Below are positions 61,000-64,000 of a stretch of 64,000 bases of DNA, piece after piece (the first letter of the stretch is position 1; each line of letters begins with the position of its first letter). Origin of the DNA: Candidatus Geohabitans tengchongensis. Its GTDB lineage: Bacteria; Sysuimicrobiota; Sysuimicrobiia; Sysuimicrobiales; Humicultoraceae. Where the stretch lies: contig JAVKIH010000007.1 of assembly GCA_031459625.1 (NCBI GenBank), positions 1 through 64,000 on the forward strand, given 5' to 3'. Position numbers and translations under genes: made by a program. Under the pieces are notes generated by a model that made no database searches, was not told the origin of the DNA, and was given only the letters and a program-made list of their open reading frames with translations.

Positions 61000-61260
61000 T
61001 CAGGACGGCGGGCTGTCAGGCGGCAGCGCCTGCCCGTGGACGACCCGCCAGACCCCGGCCGCCCGCGCCACGTCGTGCTCGTCCACCACCGCAGAGACTT
61101 CGGCCACGAGGTATCCCTCGGCATCCCGCACCCGCAGGCGCCCGCGCACGACCACATCGGCGAACAGCAGGGCCTGGAGGTCGGGGAGGGGCACCTGCCG
61201 GCGTTCGGCCTCGTGGGCCAGAGCAGCCTCTAACCTGTCGACACGGGCATCCAGCGCCAT
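61000..61260 (-). CDS. Short hypothetical protein, possibly a deleted remnant of a PD-(D/E)xK-like family
   Basis: ADVVVRGR...YLVAEVS...DVARAA then an abrupt GVWRV end; preceded by a consensus promoter. Confidence 0.5.
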   Translation of the reverse strand: MALDARVDRLEAALAHEAERRQVPLPDLQALLFADVVVRGRLRVRDAEGYLVAEVSAVVDEHDVARAAGVWRVVHGQALPPDSPPS

Positions 61261-61277
61261 GGCGGATCTCCGGGCCC

Positions 61278-61306
61278 ATCCTAGAAGTGGGGGCTGGGGG
61301 TGTCAA
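61278..61306 (-). promoter_or_regulatory. Near-consensus sigma70 promoter for the 61260 ORF and probably the PMT and GT2 genes
   Basis: TTGACA-N17-TAGGAT. Confidence 0.7.
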
Positions 61307-61342
61307 ATGAGCTCGACGATGCGCTATGCGAACCGTCGAGGA

Positions 61343-63943
61343 TCAGGGCCCGACCTTGGTGGAGGAACCGTCGGCGAAGAGCGTCACCAGGATGGACTCG
61401 CCGGCGACCAGCCCGCACTTCATCGGCCGGCCCCCGCCGGCCTGACCGGTCGCCCGCATCTGAATCTCTGTGGCGGTGCCACCCGGCGGGACGATCTCGT
61501 ACGCCCAGCACGAACCGGAGGTCGGGGGTGGCACGAAGCCGAGCTGGGCCGGGTCGGTGATGCCGACCCACGTGTCGTACTCCTGGTAGTGCATCCAGGC
61601 GAAGCGCTTCAGCTCGATGAGGACCTGGTGGGCCTCGGCGGCCAGGGCCCCCTCCCGGGCGCCCAGGTACCGCGGCAGGGCCAGTGAGAGCAGGACCCCC
61701 AGGATGGCCAGCACCACCACCAGCTCGACCAGGGTGAAGCCGGACGCTGCGGGATCGGGTCCGTCGCGGCCAGGGCCACTCCCCGCAGGCCCGCCCTGTC
61801 CCCTGCGCAGCCGCCCGCGCCACCTTGTGACGCCCCGGGCCGTCGCGGCCTTGGCTGCAGCGCGCGCCGTTACCGCGTCGGCCGCGGCGCGGATCGCCTC
61901 CAGGTGGTGCGGCGTGATGCGCGGTCCGTAGAGCGCCTCCTCCACCACGGCCGTCATCCTCCTCACCTCCGGCCAGCCCAGCGCGCGCTCGGCCCGCCCG
62001 GCGAACTCCCGTGGCGTCTCCGCCTCGCCGCGCGCCAACCCGCGGCGGCGCAGCACGCGCAGGCAGCGCGCATACTCCGCCAGGACGCCGTCCCGCGGGT
62101 CGGCCGGCCGTCGACGACGCCCCATCCGGGCCCCGACCAGGATGATGAGGATCAGGAGGAGTGCGGCCTGCGCTGCCGGGGCCCATAGAGGGGATGCCCA
62201 CCCCGGCCGCCCCGCAGACCCGTCGGGGTGCCCCGGCCAGCGCGTGCGCAGGTAGCGGGCCAGCCCCTCGAAGCCCCACCGCGGCGCCGTCCGGGGCAGC
62301 GCCGCCGGCTCGGCGAACCCCGGTGTGGGCTCGAACTCCACCCAGCCGACCTCCGGGAAGAAGACCTCGACCCAGGCGTGCGCGTCGCTGCTGCGCACCT
62401 CCAGGAGCCCGGTCAGCGGGTGGAAGGTGCCGGGTGTGTACCCGGTGGCGAGCCGCGCCGGGACCCCCACCAGGCGCAGCAGAACAGCCATGGCGCTGGC
62501 GAACTGCTCGCAGTACCCCCGCCGCTCCTCGAAGAGGAAGTAGTCCACCGCGTCCCCCGGCCGGCGCTGCGGCGGGATGGTGAGGTCGTAGCGGTAGTGC
62601 GTCCAGAGGTACCGGTTGACCCGCAGGGCCCGCTCGTAGGGGGTGCGCGCGCCCGCCGTGATCGCCTCGGCCAGCCGCCGGACCCGCTGCGGCACTGTGT
62701 CGGGCACCTGCAGGTAGCGCGCCAGGAGCTCGTCCGGGTAGCGGTCGCCGGCGGCGGCCAGCCGGGCCGGCGTGGGGTCGACCACGCGCGAGACGACGGT
62801 GTAGATCATCCCCGGCTCGAGCACGAAGGGGAGCCGCACCGCCGAGTAGCGGTCGACGAAGACGTGCCGCCCCGGGAAGTAGACCTCCTCCACGCGGGGG
62901 GCGGCGAAGGCGACATTGGGCTGTTCGCGCTCGACGTAGAAGGTCTGGATCAGGCGCCGTGCCCCCCGCGACGAGGCGTAGCTGTCGTCGCGGCCGCGGA
63001 GGACCTCGATGGGAGGGACGACGGCGGTGTGGCGGCGTACCCGGTCGTCGCCGATGCGCCAACCCGTCCCGGTGTAGACATCGAAGACCAGCGCCCGCCA
63101 CAGCCGCGGCTCCCCGGCGCGCACGCGCATGACCAGGGCGTCGTTGAGCCGACCGCGCAGCCGCAGCTCCACGGTGGGACTGAAGCCAAAGTACCCGTGC
63201 GGGTTGAAGACGGTGGTGCCGCCCGCCGTGCCCGCGGGGTAGGCCGGGTTGACCACCTCGCCGTCCAGCGTCGGTCCCAGCGGGACGCGCGGCGTGAAGG
63301 GGAACGAGGTGATGAAGAGGCCGTCCAGGCGCGGGGTGGCCAGGAAGACCACGACGGCGAGGGCCGCCAGCGGCACCGCGGCGCGCACGGCCGAGCTGCC
63401 GGTCTCGCGCAGCCCCGCCAGGACCCGCAGGCCGCTCCCCACGCGGCCCCCCTCCGTCGCCCTTTCCGCAGCCGGCGCGGGCCTCCCGCCTCCTGCCGCC
63501 TCGCGCGCCGCCTCGGCGGCATTCAGCATCAGCGCCGCGACGGCGGCCACCAGGTAGGGGGTCAGGTAGAGGGCAAAGCGCAGGTCCAAGCTGAAGGCCG
63601 CCGCCACGGCCATCAGCACCAGCGAGGTGAGGAGGCTGAAGAGCAAATCGCGCCGGCGCGGCAGGTCGAAGCTGTGCAGCACCTGCAGCCACAGCAAAAA
63701 GACGGTGAGGGGGATGCTGGTGTGGTACGGCGCCGCCGCCAGCGCCCGCAGGAAGGCCCACCCGGCGAGGAGGCACCCCAGGGCCAGCGCCGCCTTCAGC
63801 CAGGTGTTGCGCCGCCGGCGGCGGTACCAGGAGACGACGAACCCGCAGGTGGCCAGGGCCAGCATCTCCCAGCGCAGAGTCCCGAAGTCCTGGTGCGCGG
63901 TGATGGCCAGGATGCTGAGGAGGACGCAGAGGTAGACCCACAC
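61343..63943 (-). CDS. TgpA-like transglutaminase-domain membrane protein (DUF3488-TGase-TM-DUF4129) fused to a C-terminal type IV pilin; frame stays open to the window end
   Basis: N-terminal TMs; GYCEQFASAMAVLLR, DAHAWVEV, GWVEFEPTP; DUF4129-like GL-x-R-x-x-x-ETP-x-EFA...E-x-x-LYG; then SG|FTLVELVVVLAILGVLLSLALPRY. Confidence 0.85.
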   Translation of the reverse strand: MWVYLCVLLSILAITAHQDFGTLRWEMLALATCGFVVSWYRRRRRNTWLKAALALGCLLAGWAFLRALAAAPYHTSIPLTVFLLWLQVLHSFDLPRRRDLLFSLLTSLVLMAVAAAFSLDLRFALYLTPYLVAAVAALMLNAAEAAREAAGGGRPAPAAERATEGGRVGSGLRVLAGLRETGSSAVRAAVPLAALAVVVFLATPRLDGLFITSFPFTPRVPLGPTLDGEVVNPAYPAGTAGGTTVFNPHGYFGFSPTVELRLRGRLNDALVMRVRAGEPRLWRALVFDVYTGTGWRIGDDRVRRHTAVVPPIEVLRGRDDSYASSRGARRLIQTFYVEREQPNVAFAAPRVEEVYFPGRHVFVDRYSAVRLPFVLEPGMIYTVVSRVVDPTPARLAAAGDRYPDELLARYLQVPDTVPQRVRRLAEAITAGARTPYERALRVNRYLWTHYRYDLTIPPQRRPGDAVDYFLFEERRGYCEQFASAMAVLLRLVGVPARLATGYTPGTFHPLTGLLEVRSSDAHAWVEVFFPEVGWVEFEPTPGFAEPAALPRTAPRWGFEGLARYLRTRWPGHPDGSAGRPGWASPLWAPAAQAALLLILIILVGARMGRRRRPADPRDGVLAEYARCLRVLRRRGLARGEAETPREFAGRAERALGWPEVRRMTAVVEEALYGPRITPHHLEAIRAAADAVTARAAAKAATARGVTRWRGRLRRGQGGPAGSGPGRDGPDPAASGFTLVELVVVLAILGVLLSLALPRYLGAREGALAAEAHQVLIELKRFAWMHYQEYDTWVGITDPAQLGFVPPPTSGSCWAYEIVPPGGTATEIQMRATGQAGGGRPMKCGLVAGESILVTLFADGSSTKVGP

Positions 63944-64000
63944 GCGCAGCGCCCCTGAGCCCGTGCTGGGAAGATGCGCGTGGTCTGCCGGACCGGCCGG

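Overview
A very GC-rich bacterial chromosomal window, mostly coded on the minus strand. The secretin points to a diderm envelope; a CSP1-3/Armatimonadota-like lineage is my unverified impression. Coordinates 0.1-16 kb hold a sugar dehydrogenase/aminotransferase pair, a 47-aa prepilin-like peptide, trmI and an acyl-CoA catabolic cluster: a B12 mutase with isobutyryl-CoA-mutase residues, ETF, an acyl-CoA dehydrogenase, two Cys-less thiolase-fold proteins with two DUF35 partners, and hbd. Coordinates 16-34 kb are housekeeping: pdp/punA/deoB, an inserted vapBC-type module, nudF, ilvE, pyrG, nadK, tlyA, ispA, acyP, nusB, efp, an Xaa-Pro peptidase, ispE/dxr/ispF/ispD and tatA. An ECF sigma/zinc anti-sigma/RseB-like module occupies 33.7-36.2 kb. 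Coordinates 36-64 kb are a large type IV pilus region: secretin, pilD, a GAF-GGDEF protein, pilMNO and three tandem minor-pilin cassettes, each with a ~600-680 aa PilX-like paralog. Two PilW-like pilins end in long Pro-Thr tails. Next to the cassettes are four glycosylation genes, including a PMT-family O-mannosyltransferase, and a transglutaminase-like membrane protein fused in frame to a C-terminal type IV pilin with an internal G|FTLVE site. This last region is the best candidate for an undescribed system. I saw no rRNA, tRNA, CRISPR array or transposase. All calls come from motif recognition, not database searches, and many starts were trimmed by hand from the ORF track.
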